Source of the DNA: Acidobacteriota bacterium
GTDB taxonomy: Bacteria; Acidobacteriota; UBA890; WLXD01
NCBI GenBank assembly: GCA_963666055.2
Contig: CAXWPH010000014.1
Coordinates: 160,001 to 224,000 of the forward strand
DNA length: 64,000 bases
Reading direction: 5' to 3'
A program made the position numbers and the translations under genes. Positions 31,764 to 42,205 of the stretch are shown one piece after another (the first letter of the stretch is position 1; every line of letters begins with the position of its first letter). The notes below the pieces were generated by a model. That model saw only the letters and a list, made by a program, of their open reading frames with translations, was not told the origin of the DNA and did no database searches.

Positions 31764-33302
31764 TCAGATGCTGAGCGCCCGCGGGCGCTGTCGGGTCCAC
31801 AAGTCGAAGATCACTCTCGAGACAAAGATCGCGGTAAACATCGACGCCAGGATGCCGATCGAGATCGTTACCGCGAAGCCTTTCACCGGGCCGGTACCGA
31901 ACTGGAAGAGGAACACGGCGGCGATCAACGTCGTGATGTTGGCGTCGACGATGGCCGAGAATGCCTTGGCGAAGCCGGAATCGATCGACGCGCGTGCCGT
32001 CTTGCCGACATCGAGCTCTTCACGAATACGCTCGAAGATCAACACGTTGGCGTCGACCGCCATGCCGATGAGCAAGATGATGCCGGCGATGCCCGGCAAC
32101 GTCAGCGTCGCCCCGAGGGCATTCATCACGCCCAACACGATCACCAGGTTTAGCGTCAGCGCGACGACGGCATTGATGCCGGCCCCACGGTAGTAGACGA
32201 GCATGAAAGCAACCACGATTGCGAACCCGACGGCGGCCGATAACACGCCGCGATTGATGGACTCTCTACCGAGCGATGGGCCCACCGACCGCTCTTCCAG
32301 ATAGCGGATCGAAGCGGGAAGCGCACCCGAGCGCAGCACGAGCGCAAGATCCTCGGCTTCGGCAACGGTGAAGCGCCCCGAGATCTGTCCGTTGCTAGCA
32401 ATGCGGCCTTCGATGACCGGGGCCGAGTAGATCTCGTTGTCGAGAACGATGGCCAGTTGGCGGCCGATGTTGGCGCCGGTGTACTCGGAGAACTTCCGAG
32501 CGCTATCAGCGTTGAGCGTGAAGCTGACGGCCGGAAGGCCGAGCTCGTCCTGACTCATACGGGCGGTTCTGAGGTCACGGCCGGTAACGACCGGCTCCTC
32601 CTGGACCACGTAGAAACCCACCGGGAGCCCGTCTTCGGGCTTGGCAGCGAGGAGCTCCGTGTTCGGCGCCATGCTGCCACCACTGGCGGCAATGAGCTCC
32701 TGTCGGGTGAGCGCCGGCCCTGCCACGACCGTCTTCAGCTCGAGCAGCGCCGTGCTACGCAGGAGCGCCTTCACCCGCTCCGGGTTCTCCACTCCGGGGA
32801 GCTGCACAAGAAGACGATCACCGGTCAAACCTTGGCGCTGGATCACCGGCTCGCTGACACCGTAGCCATCGACACGATTGCGGATCGTCTGCAAAGCCTG
32901 GCGAACCGCGCCATCGCGTATCGCCGCGTCCGCCGCGCTCAACAGCGTCAAGTCGATCGTTCGATCGTTTCGGTCGACGCTGTAGGTGTTTGAGAAATAC
33001 TCCGCCACGAGCTCGGCGACCCGATCGGCGTCGCCGTCACCGGAGACAATGATCGTAGTGCCGCCGAGTCCGTCGACGGAGGCATCGTCGATCGACACCG
33101 CTTCGTCCGTGAACAGCCGGCGCAGCGAGTCGAGGTTGTCGCGCACCTCAGCTGCAACCGCCTCCTCGGTCTCGACGCGCAGCAACAGATGGATGCCTCC
33201 GCGCAGGTCGAGGCCGAGCTTTACATCCTCGGCAAAGGCAAGGAACGCGAACACCGCCGTGATCGCCACGATCACGATGATCTTCAGGCGCAACTCCTGC
33301 AT
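31764..33302 (-). CDS. secD: Protein translocase subunit SecD
   Basis: KLGLDLRGG, RNRVDGYGVSEP, LRSGALPA, GMAVDANVLIFERIREE. Confidence 0.96.
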   Translation of the reverse strand: MQELRLKIIVIVAITAVFAFLAFAEDVKLGLDLRGGIHLLLRVETEEAVAAEVRDNLDSLRRLFTDEAVSIDDASVDGLGGTTIIVSGDGDADRVAELVAEYFSNTYSVDRNDRTIDLTLLSAADAAIRDGAVRQALQTIRNRVDGYGVSEPVIQRQGLTGDRLLVQLPGVENPERVKALLRSTALLELKTVVAGPALTRQELIAASGGSMAPNTELLAAKPEDGLPVGFYVVQEEPVVTGRDLRTARMSQDELGLPAVSFTLNADSARKFSEYTGANIGRQLAIVLDNEIYSAPVIEGRIASNGQISGRFTVAEAEDLALVLRSGALPASIRYLEERSVGPSLGRESINRGVLSAAVGFAIVVAFMLVYYRGAGINAVVALTLNLVIVLGVMNALGATLTLPGIAGIILLIGMAVDANVLIFERIREELDVGKTARASIDSGFAKAFSAIVDANITTLIAAVFLFQFGTGPVKGFAVTISIGILASMFTAIFVSRVIFDLWTRQRPRALSI

Positions 33303-33330
33303 TCTCTGCCCCTCCGGGGAATTTGGAGCC

Positions 33331-33615
33331 TTAGTCGGAGCCTTCGGCTAGGCCGGCGATACTCTGCTTGGTCACGTCGACCTTCACCTGATCGGCGATC
33401 TTGAGTCGAAAACGGTCGTCCTGAATGCCCACCACGGTGCCGTACAGGCCGCCGCTGGTCACCACTTTGTCGCCGTTCTTCAAGTTGGCGACGAGATCGT
33501 CGTGCTGACGCTGTCGCTTACGTACCGGAGCGATCAGCAGGAAGTAGAAGATCAGAACCATCGCAACGATCGGGATCAACCCGGTGATCGCGCTCTGGCC
33601 CGGCGCGGCGGCCAT
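33331..33615 (-). CDS. yajC: Preprotein translocase subunit YajC
   Basis: IFYFLLIAP, LKNGDKVVTSGGLYG; lies between tgt and secD; start uncertain. Confidence 0.92.
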   Translation of the reverse strand: MAAAPGQSAITGLIPIVAMVLIFYFLLIAPVRKRQRQHDDLVANLKNGDKVVTSGGLYGTVVGIQDDRFRLKIADQVKVDVTKQSIAGLAEGSD

Positions 33616-33699
33616 CAGCAGTAGGGAGTGCAGCGAACTCGCTCCAGCGAGAGCCGGAACTACCTCCGGCGAGGCGATTGGGATCGGCGTCTCGAGGCG

Positions 33700-34818
33700 C
33701 TAACCGTTACCGCTCGAGCGGCCGCGATACGGCGTCGCGGCGCGCATTTCCGCGAACGCGCCGGAACCGATAGCGTGCCGGATGCGCCTCATGGTGTCAA
33801 GGTAGTGCCATAGGTTGTGGATCGTCATCAACACGCCTCCGAGCATTTCCCTACGCAGCTTCAAATGGCGCAGATACGCCCGACTGTAGCGCTCGCAAGT
33901 GGGGCACTCGCAGTTAGGATCGAGCGGCCGGTCGTCGCTCGCGTGGCGCGCGTGGCGTACGGTCACGGTCCCCTCGCTGGTGAACGCGACTCCGTTTCGC
34001 GCGTGGCGCGTCGGCATGACGCAATCGAACAGGTCTACGCCGTGCGCCACTGCCTCGATCAGGTCATCCGGTGTGCCCATGCCCATCACATAGCGCGGTC
34101 GATCGGTTGGCAGCGCACCTGTTGCGGCACTCAAGGCGGTCCAGGTCTGACCCTTCGACTCGCCGACGGCGAGGCCTCCGATCCCGTACCCGTCGAACTC
34201 CAGCGCCGCGAGCTGGCGCGCATGCGCCTCACGTAGCTTCGGGTAGACGCTTCCCTGCACGATGCCAAAGAGTCCTCCGGCAAGCTTTCCGGCAAGCGGC
34301 CGGCTGCGCTCCGCCCAGGTCTGGCTGCGGCGCACCGCACGGGCAGCATCTTCGTATTCCGCCGGGCTGGCGATGCATTCATCGAGCACCATCGCCACGT
34401 CGACGCCCAGCATCGCCTGGATCTCGACCACCAGCTCCGGCGTGAGACGTCGGTATTGACCATCGAGGGGCGAGCGGAACGTCACGCCGTCGTCATCGAT
34501 GCTGCGGCGATCGGCCAACGACATCACCTGATATCCGCCGCTGTCAGTGAGTATCGGTGCCGTCCAGCCCATAAATCGATGAATTCCGCCGACCTCGCGG
34601 ATGATCTCGGCGCCCGGCCGCTCCCATAGGTGATAGGCGTTGGTCAGCAGAATCTGCACGCCGAGCCGTTCGAGCTGCTCGCCGGCAATACCCTTGACGG
34701 CGCCGTATGTACCGACGGGCATGAACGCCGGCGTCTGCACGCAGCCATGCGGAGTCTGCAGTTGCCCCGTGCGCGCCCCGGAGCCAGCGTCCTTGTGCTC
34801 GACCCCGAACGCGATCAC
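33700..34818 (-). CDS. tgt: tRNA-guanine(34) transglycosylase
   Basis: TPAFMPVGT, LTDSGGYQV, GIVQG, DLFDCVMPTR, CxCxxC; GTG start overlaps the thiL stop. Confidence 0.94.
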   Translation of the reverse strand: MIAFGVEHKDAGSGARTGQLQTPHGCVQTPAFMPVGTYGAVKGIAGEQLERLGVQILLTNAYHLWERPGAEIIREVGGIHRFMGWTAPILTDSGGYQVMSLADRRSIDDDGVTFRSPLDGQYRRLTPELVVEIQAMLGVDVAMVLDECIASPAEYEDAARAVRRSQTWAERSRPLAGKLAGGLFGIVQGSVYPKLREAHARQLAALEFDGYGIGGLAVGESKGQTWTALSAATGALPTDRPRYVMGMGTPDDLIEAVAHGVDLFDCVMPTRHARNGVAFTSEGTVTVRHARHASDDRPLDPNCECPTCERYSRAYLRHLKLRREMLGGVLMTIHNLWHYLDTMRRIRHAIGSGAFAEMRAATPYRGRSSGNG

Positions 34819-35840
34819 CCTGATGCTCCGGCTGCAAACGGGTCCCAGCCGGCGGTCTTCAAAGGTTCGTCGGCAGCGCCGATACGGACGGTCAATCCAT
34901 TGGCGGCTGTCACGAATACACCGATGCGCCGGGCGTTCAGCTCGAAGCGATTCGCGGCGTCCGCAAGATCGTCCTGGCTGTCGTCGGCGACCGAGCAAAT
35001 GAGCGCGTAGTCGTCTCCCCCGCCAACGGCAAGCTCTAGCGCCGAGCTGCCGAGTTGGTTGGCCAAAGCCGCGACGTCTGGATGCACCAACGCGTCGCCG
35101 TCCAGCGCCACGCCGACGCTCGACGCAGCACACAACCGACTCAAGTCGAGACCAAGCCCGTCGCTGACGTCCATCATCGCGCCGACCAGCCGACGCTCGG
35201 CGACGTGGCTGGCGAAGGACAGTGGCGGCGTCGGGGCCCGATATGCCTCGATGCTTCGTTGCGCCAGCGGGTCTGTGGATTCGCTCGCTCCGGCGCTCAG
35301 CAGCAGCCGGCCGGCAGCAGCCAACCCGAGGTCGCCGATCACCCAACAGGCATCTCCCGCGACCGCCCGATCGCGTAGCGTCGGCGGCACGCCTTCGGCG
35401 AGAGACCCACCGGCGCAAAGACACAGCCCCACGCCGCGCGACGAAAGCGTCACATCGCCGCCGATCGTAGGACATCCGAGCTCGCGTCCGCCGTCGCGCA
35501 GGCCGCGGACGAGCTCATCCAGCCAGTCGACCTCGAGCTCGCCCGGCAGCTCCAGCGCGCACAGCGCCCATGTGGGGGTCGCTCCCATTGCCCCCAGGTC
35601 GCTGACGCAAATGGCGAGCGCACGCCGACCCAGCGCCCATGGCGACAGCCACGAGCGTCGGAAGTGCACGCCTTCGGTCTGACGGTCGGTGGTCAGCACG
35701 AGGCGACACGACGACATATCGATTACCGCAGCATCGTCGCCCGGTCCGACCTGGAGACCCCGCACACTTGTCTCCAGGCCCGACCGGATGCGCTCCACGA
35801 GCTTCAGTTCACCGATCTCGTCTACACTCGCCGGCCTCAT
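34815..35840 (-). CDS. thiL: Thiamine-monophosphate kinase
   Basis: GPGDDAA, EGVHF, SDLGAMGA, IGGD, DVSDGL, GGDDYAL. Confidence 0.92.
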   Translation of the reverse strand: MRPASVDEIGELKLVERIRSGLETSVRGLQVGPGDDAAVIDMSSCRLVLTTDRQTEGVHFRRSWLSPWALGRRALAICVSDLGAMGATPTWALCALELPGELEVDWLDELVRGLRDGGRELGCPTIGGDVTLSSRGVGLCLCAGGSLAEGVPPTLRDRAVAGDACWVIGDLGLAAAGRLLLSAGASESTDPLAQRSIEAYRAPTPPLSFASHVAERRLVGAMMDVSDGLGLDLSRLCAASSVGVALDGDALVHPDVAALANQLGSSALELAVGGGDDYALICSVADDSQDDLADAANRFELNARRIGVFVTAANGLTVRIGAADEPLKTAGWDPFAAGASG

Positions 35841-37042
35841 CTCGCGTCCCCCTCTCGACTGACGCTCTGTCGAGCCTGCGCGCGTGCCCAGGAACGAGCC
35901 TGCTGCACCGTCCGCCATCGGCGTGTGATCTGTCCCAGCGCCAGCTCACGTAGGACGCGGCCCAACGGCGGGCCAGGGCTCATGCCCCAGGAGATCAGAT
36001 CATCGCCCGTGACCCAGCGCGACTCTGCGGCGCGCTGCGCGGCACGATACAGCTCGCCCCCCCGGCCGGTGGGGGTCAGGCGCGACGCCAGCGCGCTGGC
36101 GTCAATCGCCGCTCCCGGGTCGCGCAATGACCACGCCGCCAACCGTGCCGATGAAGCATCGCCGCAGGTGCCGGTCCAGCGGGCGACGCGCTCGGCGCTA
36201 CGCACCTGTGCCGGCGGCCAGCGTCTATCGAGCAAGCGTGCCACCACCGCATCGACACCAACCTCGGTAGCCAAATCGAGAATCAGCGCTCCCAACCGAC
36301 CTCGCGTCTGCGGAGGATCGAGGCGCAGTTCCGCTTCGGTCGCCGCCCAGGCGTCGACGGCGGCATAGCCGCTCAGCTCGCCCAGGGTCGGCCCACACAC
36401 ACCCAACTCGCTGGCCAGGCGCAGGGCGTCGCGCCAATTCGCGGAGCCAAGGTTCAGACTCCACTCGGCCTGTGTGCGCTCACGCGCAACGCCGGCGAGC
36501 TGCGCCGCGGCAGACGAGACGGCGGCCGCAGTCTCGTCCTCCAAACGAAAGCCCGGGAGATCGGTGGCGTACCGAACGGCGCGCAAAGCGCGGAGCGGGT
36601 CCGTGGCCACCACGCCCGGAGATGTTTCCCGTAGGCGTCCGGAGAGGATGTCGGCCAGGCCGCCGTGCGGGTCGACGAGCGCCGCTTGCGGATCTCCCAC
36701 TCCACTCATCGGCACCGCCAGGGCGTTGACACTGAAATCACGCCGGGCAAGGTCCTGCTCGAGACTGCCGTGGCTGCGCGCGACGTCGACCTGGATGCCC
36801 TTCCAGCGAAACCGGTGGGTGTGCTGAAACGCGTCGCCGATATCTGCCGGACGCGCGCCGCGCGTAGCCTCAATGGCATCGAGATAACGCTCGAAACCCC
36901 TCTCCACGACCAGATCCAGGTCCGTCGGCGCTCGCCCGAGCAACACGTCTCGGATGGCCCCTCCGACCAGAGCCACCTTGATCCTGTCGGACGCGAGGGC
37001 CGCAAGGGGGGCCAGAGGAACCCCGGCAAGCAAGCGCGCCAA
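35837..37042 (-). CDS. CCA-adding enzyme / poly(A) polymerase family nucleotidyltransferase
   Basis: LVGGAIRD, DLDLVV, DLARRDFSVNALA, DPHGGLAD, DPLRALRAVRY; start uncertain. Confidence 0.85.
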   Translation of the reverse strand: MARLLAGVPLAPLAALASDRIKVALVGGAIRDVLLGRAPTDLDLVVERGFERYLDAIEATRGARPADIGDAFQHTHRFRWKGIQVDVARSHGSLEQDLARRDFSVNALAVPMSGVGDPQAALVDPHGGLADILSGRLRETSPGVVATDPLRALRAVRYATDLPGFRLEDETAAAVSSAAAQLAGVARERTQAEWSLNLGSANWRDALRLASELGVCGPTLGELSGYAAVDAWAATEAELRLDPPQTRGRLGALILDLATEVGVDAVVARLLDRRWPPAQVRSAERVARWTGTCGDASSARLAAWSLRDPGAAIDASALASRLTPTGRGGELYRAAQRAAESRWVTGDDLISWGMSPGPPLGRVLRELALGQITRRWRTVQQARSWARAQARQSVSREGDAR

Positions 37043-37067
37043 GCCCTGCCAATCGGCGCGGCGCGCC

Positions 37068-37526
37068 TCAGGTTTGCTGGTCGAGGAGAGTCTTGAGTTC
37101 CTCCATGAACGCATTGACATCCCTGAAGTGACGGTACACGGAGGCGAACCGAACGTAGGCGATCTCATCGAGGTTCCTGAGGCGATCCATCACCAGCTCC
37201 CCTATTTCCTGGCTGTCGATTTCGCGCCCGCTGCCCTCTTGTGCCCGAGTCTCGACCTGGTCGCAGATAGCCTCCAGCTCCTCGGCGGGGACCGGACGCT
37301 TTTCGCAGGCGCGCATGATTCCCGACAGCAGCTTGCCTCGATCGAAGCCTTCGCGGCTACCGTCCTTTTTCACCACGACGATAGGCACCACCTCGATCTG
37401 CTCGTAGGTCGTCATGCGACGGCCGCATTCCAGGCACTCCCGTCGCCGCCGGATGACATTGCCCTCGCGCACCTCGCGTGAGTCGACCACCTTGTCGTTG
37501 TTGTGACCGCAGTAGGGGCACTTCAT
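37068..37526 (-). CDS. nrdR: Transcriptional repressor NrdR
   Basis: MKCPYC...VVDSR...[13 protein letters not shown] cone, AYVRFASVY. Confidence 0.97.
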   Translation of the reverse strand: MKCPYCGHNNDKVVDSREVREGNVIRRRRECLECGRRMTTYEQIEVVPIVVVKKDGSREGFDRGKLLSGIMRACEKRPVPAEELEAICDQVETRAQEGSGREIDSQEIGELVMDRLRNLDEIAYVRFASVYRHFRDVNAFMEELKTLLDQQT

Positions 37527-37589
37527 GGCACGCAGGCCTAGGATCGTGGGTAACGCGGTCCCCGCACCGCGTCAAAGACATCGAGCGGA

Positions 37590-38527
37590 TTATAACGTCC
37601 GGTCCTCGTGTAGCGGCCCGCCCGGCGTCTCACCCAGCCGGCGTAGCGCTGCGAACGTGAGTCCCTCACGTACCAGCAGCAGCGCTCCGAGAGCTCCCAG
37701 CGGCAGGAAGCCGATGGTGTGGCTAACGATCGCGAACGCCACCGCAACATCATTATCGATCCCGAATAACGTCACGAGCCCGATCTGCGCCGCCTTATGG
37801 AAGGCCCCGACAGCCGCCGGTGTCGGCACCGCCACACCGGCGACCAACAGGGCTACGAGCGGAATCGAAGCGTAGGCGGGCAGGTCGATGTGAAAGGCCC
37901 AGAACAGCACCACGTACATCAAATGTATGACGCCCCACAGCAACATCGAGCTGCCGATGATACGCGCCACCAACCAGGGAACGCCGCGTTGCGGCTTGCG
38001 ACGACGACGGCAACTCCCCCCGTCGCGATCCCGACCGCGCCCAGAATACCTACCAGGCGGATCGCTTCGAACACCGCTACAGCATCGCCCTCCAGGTGTG
38101 GTGGCGGCGGAAAGACGGCCAGATAAATGCCCAGATAGAGCACCACGGCTACCACGTCGAATACGCGCTCCAGCACCACCGAGCCTATCGCAGCACTGGC
38201 GCGAATCGGTGTACGCCGCGCCAGCAGCACTGGGCGCACGATCTCGCCCAGGCGGCCGGGGAGAACGACCGACACCGTCCACCCCATGAGAGTGCAATCG
38301 ACCAGGGGCCGTAGGCCGACAGTACCGAGAGGTGACAGCAGCTGCCGCCAGCGCCACGCCCGCGGTAACGTGGTCAGCAAGATGGTGCCCAGCGACGCCA
38401 GAATCCATAACGGATCGGCATTACGTACGGCCACCCAGACTTCTCGGAGGTCAGCCTGACGAAGAAACAGCCAGACGAGACCGGCAGCCAACAGCAGTCC
38501 GACGACGAGCTGGATCCGACGGGACAT
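37590..38527 (-). pseudogene. Lysylphosphatidylglycerol synthase TM-domain (UPF0104 flippase-like) protein with a frameshift/deletion near 37985
   Basis: N-half (RAWRWRQLL, LPGRLGEIVR, VVLERVFD) and C-half (VPTPAAVGAFH) are in different frames; the connecting loop looks shortened. Confidence 0.75.
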
Positions 38528-38667
38528 GGAATCCCTGTCCTTGTTGGTGGCAAGTGGTCTCCCGGCGCGCAACGGTAGACGCTGCCCGGACCGCTGGCAA
38601 ACACTACCTGCTAAACTCCCGCAGCCCAGCCATCCAAGAGGACCCGTGCGAGAGACCGGCGCCCACG

Positions 38668-39411
38668 ATGTCTAGCCAAACCGACGTCGCCGCGGCCATC
38701 GTGTCGGCCGGCCGTCGACTATACGAGCGTCGGATCCTGGCGTCCTACGAGGGCAACCTGAGCGCCAGGATCGGATCCGATCGTCTGCTCACCACCGCCT
38801 CCGGTGTGCACAAAGGACGCCTGCGCGAGGCCGATCTCGTGCTCGTCGACATGACCGGCAAGCCGTTGAGCAACGGCAAGCCCTCCTCCGAGCTCAAACT
38901 GCACTTGGCAATCTACGAGGAACGCCCGGAGCTACGCGCGGTGGTCCACGCGCATCCGCCGATCGCCACAGGCTATGCTGTCGCCGGCAAGCAGCCTCCG
39001 GCCGCACTCGCTGAGGTCGTGGCATTCCTGGGCTGCGTTCCGGTGGCACCCTACGGCACCCCGTCGACGGCGGCGCTGGCGGATTCCGTGCGCGCTCCAT
39101 TACGCGATTTCGACGTCGTGTTGCTCGCCAACCATGGTGCGGTAACGGTCGGGACCTCCCTGGAGAAGGCGGAGGAGCGCATGGTACAGCTGGAACACTT
39201 CGCTCAAATCGCCTTGGTGGCCCACTTGCTTGGCGGGCCCCAGCACTTCAGTCGCGAGCAGATCGAGGAACTCTCCCAGCTGCGCGAAGCGGCTGGCGGT
39301 GCACCCGTTCCAGCGATCTGCTACCCCTCAACCGATGAATCGGGCACCATTACGCTGACTCACGATGAACTGGTCGGTCTGATCGCCGATGCACTACGCA
39401 CGATCCGCTGA
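38668..39411 (+). CDS. Class II aldolase/adducin family protein with a probable C-terminal encapsulation peptide
   Basis: [23 protein letters not shown] (Zn ligands); Pro/Gly linker, then amphipathic [18 protein letters not shown]. Confidence 0.9.
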   Translation: MSSQTDVAAAIVSAGRRLYERRILASYEGNLSARIGSDRLLTTASGVHKGRLREADLVLVDMTGKPLSNGKPSSELKLHLAIYEERPELRAVVHAHPPIATGYAVAGKQPPAALAEVVAFLGCVPVAPYGTPSTAALADSVRAPLRDFDVVLLANHGAVTVGTSLEKAEERMVQLEHFAQIALVAHLLGGPQHFSREQIEELSQLREAAGGAPVPAICYPSTDESGTITLTHDELVGLIADALRTIR

Positions 39412-39455
39412 AGTCTGCCATCTCGGCAAACGGCTCGCACGAGGAGAAGCAGTCC

Positions 39456-39746
39456 ATGGGAGATTACGGAGAAGCCCTCGGAATGATCGAGACGCGGGGC
39501 TTCGTCGGAATGGTCGAAGCATCCGATGCCATGGTGAAGGCAGCCAAGGTAACCATGATCGGCTACGAGAAAGTTGGCGGCGGCTTGGTGACGGCCATCG
39601 TTCGAGGTGACGTGGCAGCGGTGAAGTCGGCAACCGACGCGGGCGCTGCGGCGGCGCGACGCGTCGGCGAGCTGATCTCCGTTCATGTCATCCCGCGACC
39701 ACACGATGGCCTCGAGGACTGCCTACCGATCGGCAAGAGCGACTAG
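39456..39746 (+). CDS. BMC shell hexamer (BMC-H, EutM/PduA-like)
   Basis: [37 protein letters not shown]. Confidence 0.96.
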   Translation: MGDYGEALGMIETRGFVGMVEASDAMVKAAKVTMIGYEKVGGGLVTAIVRGDVAAVKSATDAGAAAARRVGELISVHVIPRPHDGLEDCLPIGKSD

Positions 39747-39751
39747 GAGCC

Positions 39752-40027
39752 GTGTTTCTCGCTCGCGTGGTGGGCACAGTAGTAGCGACTCGCAAGGACC
39801 CGAAGCTGGTCGGGAGTCGGCTGTTGATCGTCGTCCCGGTCGATGTGAACGGCGACGACGAGGACGGTTACCACGTGGCGCTGGATACGGTCGACGCGGG
39901 GTACCGAGAGACGGTTCTGTGCGTTCGTGGGTCGTCCGCTCGTATGGCCGAGGGGCTCGCTGACCGACCCGTCGACACCGCCATCATCGGCATCGTCGAC
40001 GAAACGCACATCGACGAAGGGTCGTAG
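39752..40027 (+). CDS. BMC shell pentamer (EutN/CcmL) 1
   Basis: MFLARVVGTVVATRK, ALDTVDAG, GSSAR, DTAIIGIVD. Confidence 0.93.
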   Translation: MFLARVVGTVVATRKDPKLVGSRLLIVVPVDVNGDDEDGYHVALDTVDAGYRETVLCVRGSSARMAEGLADRPVDTAIIGIVDETHIDEGS

Positions 40028-40056
40028 ACACAACCGGCAACAGGACGGGGCGCTCG

Positions 40057-40326
40057 ATGGACATGGCGCGCGTAATCGGCACGGTCGTTTGCACCATCAA
40101 GGATGACACCCTGAAGGGTACGACGCTGCTACTGGTGCAACCGGTAACACCACGCGGTACGCCGCAAGGCCGGCCACTCGTAGCGGTTGACTCGGTGGGT
40201 TCCGGCGTCGGCGAGACGGTATTCTACGTCACCGGCCGTGAGGCCTCGTTCGCCTTTCTCCCAGCCTCCGTCGTCGCCGATGTGTCGATCGTCGGCATCG
40301 TCGATAGCGTGTCGCACCTTTCATGA
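40057..40326 (+). CDS. BMC shell pentamer (EutN/CcmL) 2
   Basis: ARVIGTVVCTIK, VAVDSVGSGVGE, GREA, IVGIVD. Confidence 0.93.
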   Translation: MDMARVIGTVVCTIKDDTLKGTTLLLVQPVTPRGTPQGRPLVAVDSVGSGVGETVFYVTGREASFAFLPASVVADVSIVGIVDSVSHLS

Positions 40327-40595
40327 TCGTCGGACGGGTGGTGGGCAACGTCGTATCGACGCAAAAGCATCCCAAGTACCACGGCAGCAAGCTGCTGCTC
40401 GTGCAGCCGCTGGCCCGAGGCGGAGACGATTCCGGCGCCCAGATCATGGCAGTGGACAGTGTCGGTGCGGGAGCGGGCGAGACGGTCTTGGTGGTCGTCG
40501 AGGGACGTTCTGCGAGCCAGGCCATGGGAATCGACCTGGCCCCGGCCAACGCCGCGATCGTCGGCATCATCGATCAAATCGACTGGGGTTCTTAG
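40323..40595 (+). CDS. BMC shell pentamer (EutN/CcmL) 3
   Basis: GRVVGNVVSTQK, AVDSVGAGAGE, EGRSA, AIVGIID. Confidence 0.93.
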   Translation: MIVGRVVGNVVSTQKHPKYHGSKLLLVQPLARGGDDSGAQIMAVDSVGAGAGETVLVVVEGRSASQAMGIDLAPANAAIVGIIDQIDWGS

Positions 40596-40639
40596 CCCCG
40601 ATCATCGACCGCCGGAGCGGTTGGCAAGGAGTATATTTC

Positions 40640-41560
40640 GTGAGCGCCAAGCTCCTTCTAGGCAAACCGGTACAAGAGGCGATCCTCGCCGAAGTCAGCG
40701 CCGCGACGGCGGACTACGTGGCGGCGGGACAAGCGCCGCCGCACCTTACCGCGGTCCTGGTGGGTGACGACCCCGCATCTGCCATCTACGTGCGCTCAAA
40801 GACAAGTAAGTGTCACGAGGTCGGCTTCGGCTCAGACGCGCGGATCCTGCCGGCGAGCACGAGCACCGAGAAGCTCCTGACCGTCGTGCACGAGCTCAAT
40901 GCCGACGACGGCGTCGACGGCATCCTGGTGCAACTTCCGCTCCCGGCACAGTGCGATACCAAGGCGGTACTCGACGCGGTGGACCCCCGAAAGGACGTGG
41001 ACGGATTCCATGCCGAGAACGCCGGCCGCCTGATTCAAGGACGTCCACGGTTCGCCCCCGCCACCCCCGCCGGTATCATCGAGCTGTTGGCGCGCAGTGA
41101 CATCTCAGTGTCCGGGAGGTACGCCGTCGTTATCGGGCGCAGCGACATTGTCGGCAAACCGATGGCAATGCTGCTTCTGCAGCGTCACGCCACCGTAACC
41201 ATCTGTCATTCGCGAACGCCCGACCTCGCGGAGGTAGCGCATGGCGCCGATATTCTGGTCGCGGCGGTGGGCCGGCCGGGCTTGGTGACAGAGGATTTCG
41301 TCAAGCCTGGAGCCACGGTGATCGACGTGGGTATCAACCGTGTAACCGACCGCGACGAAGCCGAAGCAATCCTCGGTGATGCCGCCGATTGGTCGAAGTA
41401 CGACGAGCGTGGCTATCTGGTCGTCGGGGACGTTCGCCCTGATGTGGCACAGATCGCCGGAGCTCTGACGCCGGTCCCGGGCGGCGTCGGTCCGCTGACC
41501 ATTGCGATGCTGCTCGTCAATACCCTCAACGCAGCTCGCTGGCGGCGCAGGACTGAGTAG
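40640..41560 (+). CDS. folD: Methylenetetrahydrofolate dehydrogenase/cyclohydrolase
   Basis: YVRSK, GILVQLPLP, KDVDGF, GRSDIVGKP, TPVPGGVGP; AAGGAG before GTG 40640. Confidence 0.96.
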   Translation: MSAKLLLGKPVQEAILAEVSAATADYVAAGQAPPHLTAVLVGDDPASAIYVRSKTSKCHEVGFGSDARILPASTSTEKLLTVVHELNADDGVDGILVQLPLPAQCDTKAVLDAVDPRKDVDGFHAENAGRLIQGRPRFAPATPAGIIELLARSDISVSGRYAVVIGRSDIVGKPMAMLLLQRHATVTICHSRTPDLAEVAHGADILVAAVGRPGLVTEDFVKPGATVIDVGINRVTDRDEAEAILGDAADWSKYDERGYLVVGDVRPDVAQIAGALTPVPGGVGPLTIAMLLVNTLNAARWRRRTE

Positions 41561-41566
41561 CCGCGC

Positions 41567-42205
41567 GTGCGAACCATTCTTGGCGTCGGCCTCACCGGAA
41601 ACATCGGTGCCGGCAAGAGCACCGTCGGCGCGATGCTGCAGAGCGCTGGCTGCCTTCTCATCGACGCCGACCTTCTGGCCCGCGATGTTCTGGCGGCTGG
41701 CACCGAGGCCAACGACGAGGTGGTGGCGGCATTTGGCGAACGCGTCCGCGCCGCGGACGGCAGCATAGAACGGGCCGTGCTGGCGAGCATCGTGTTCGCC
41801 GACGACAGTGGTCGTCGGCGTCTCGAGGCGATCATCCACCCGCGCATTCCAACGCTGGAACGTGACCGTATTGCCGCCTGGGGAGTCGAGTGCGGGATCG
41901 CCGTCACCGAAGCCGCGTTGCTCGTCGAGACCGGAGGAGTAGCGCGCTACCAGCGCCTGGTCGTGGTCACCGCAGCGGTCGAGACGCGGTGGATGAGGCT
42001 GGTGGAGCGTGGTCTTGCAGAGGACGACATCCGCGGCCGCATGGCGGCCCAGATGCCCGAAGCCGAGAAGGTTGCGGTAGCCGACTACACGGTCGACAAC
42101 AGTGGCTCTTTGGAGGCTACCGCCAAGCTCGTGCAGGGGCTCCTCGTGGCGCTACGAGAGGATCTCGATAATCTGGTGGCCGGCATCAACCTGTCGCCGC
42201 GCTGA
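41567..42205 (+). CDS. coaE: Dephospho-CoA kinase
   Basis: GLTGNIGAGKSTV, IDAD, LEAIIHP, RMAAQ. Confidence 0.93.
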   Translation: MRTILGVGLTGNIGAGKSTVGAMLQSAGCLLIDADLLARDVLAAGTEANDEVVAAFGERVRAADGSIERAVLASIVFADDSGRRRLEAIIHPRIPTLERDRIAAWGVECGIAVTEAALLVETGGVARYQRLVVVTAAVETRWMRLVERGLAEDDIRGRMAAQMPEAEKVAVADYTVDNSGSLEATAKLVQGLLVALREDLDNLVAGINLSPR

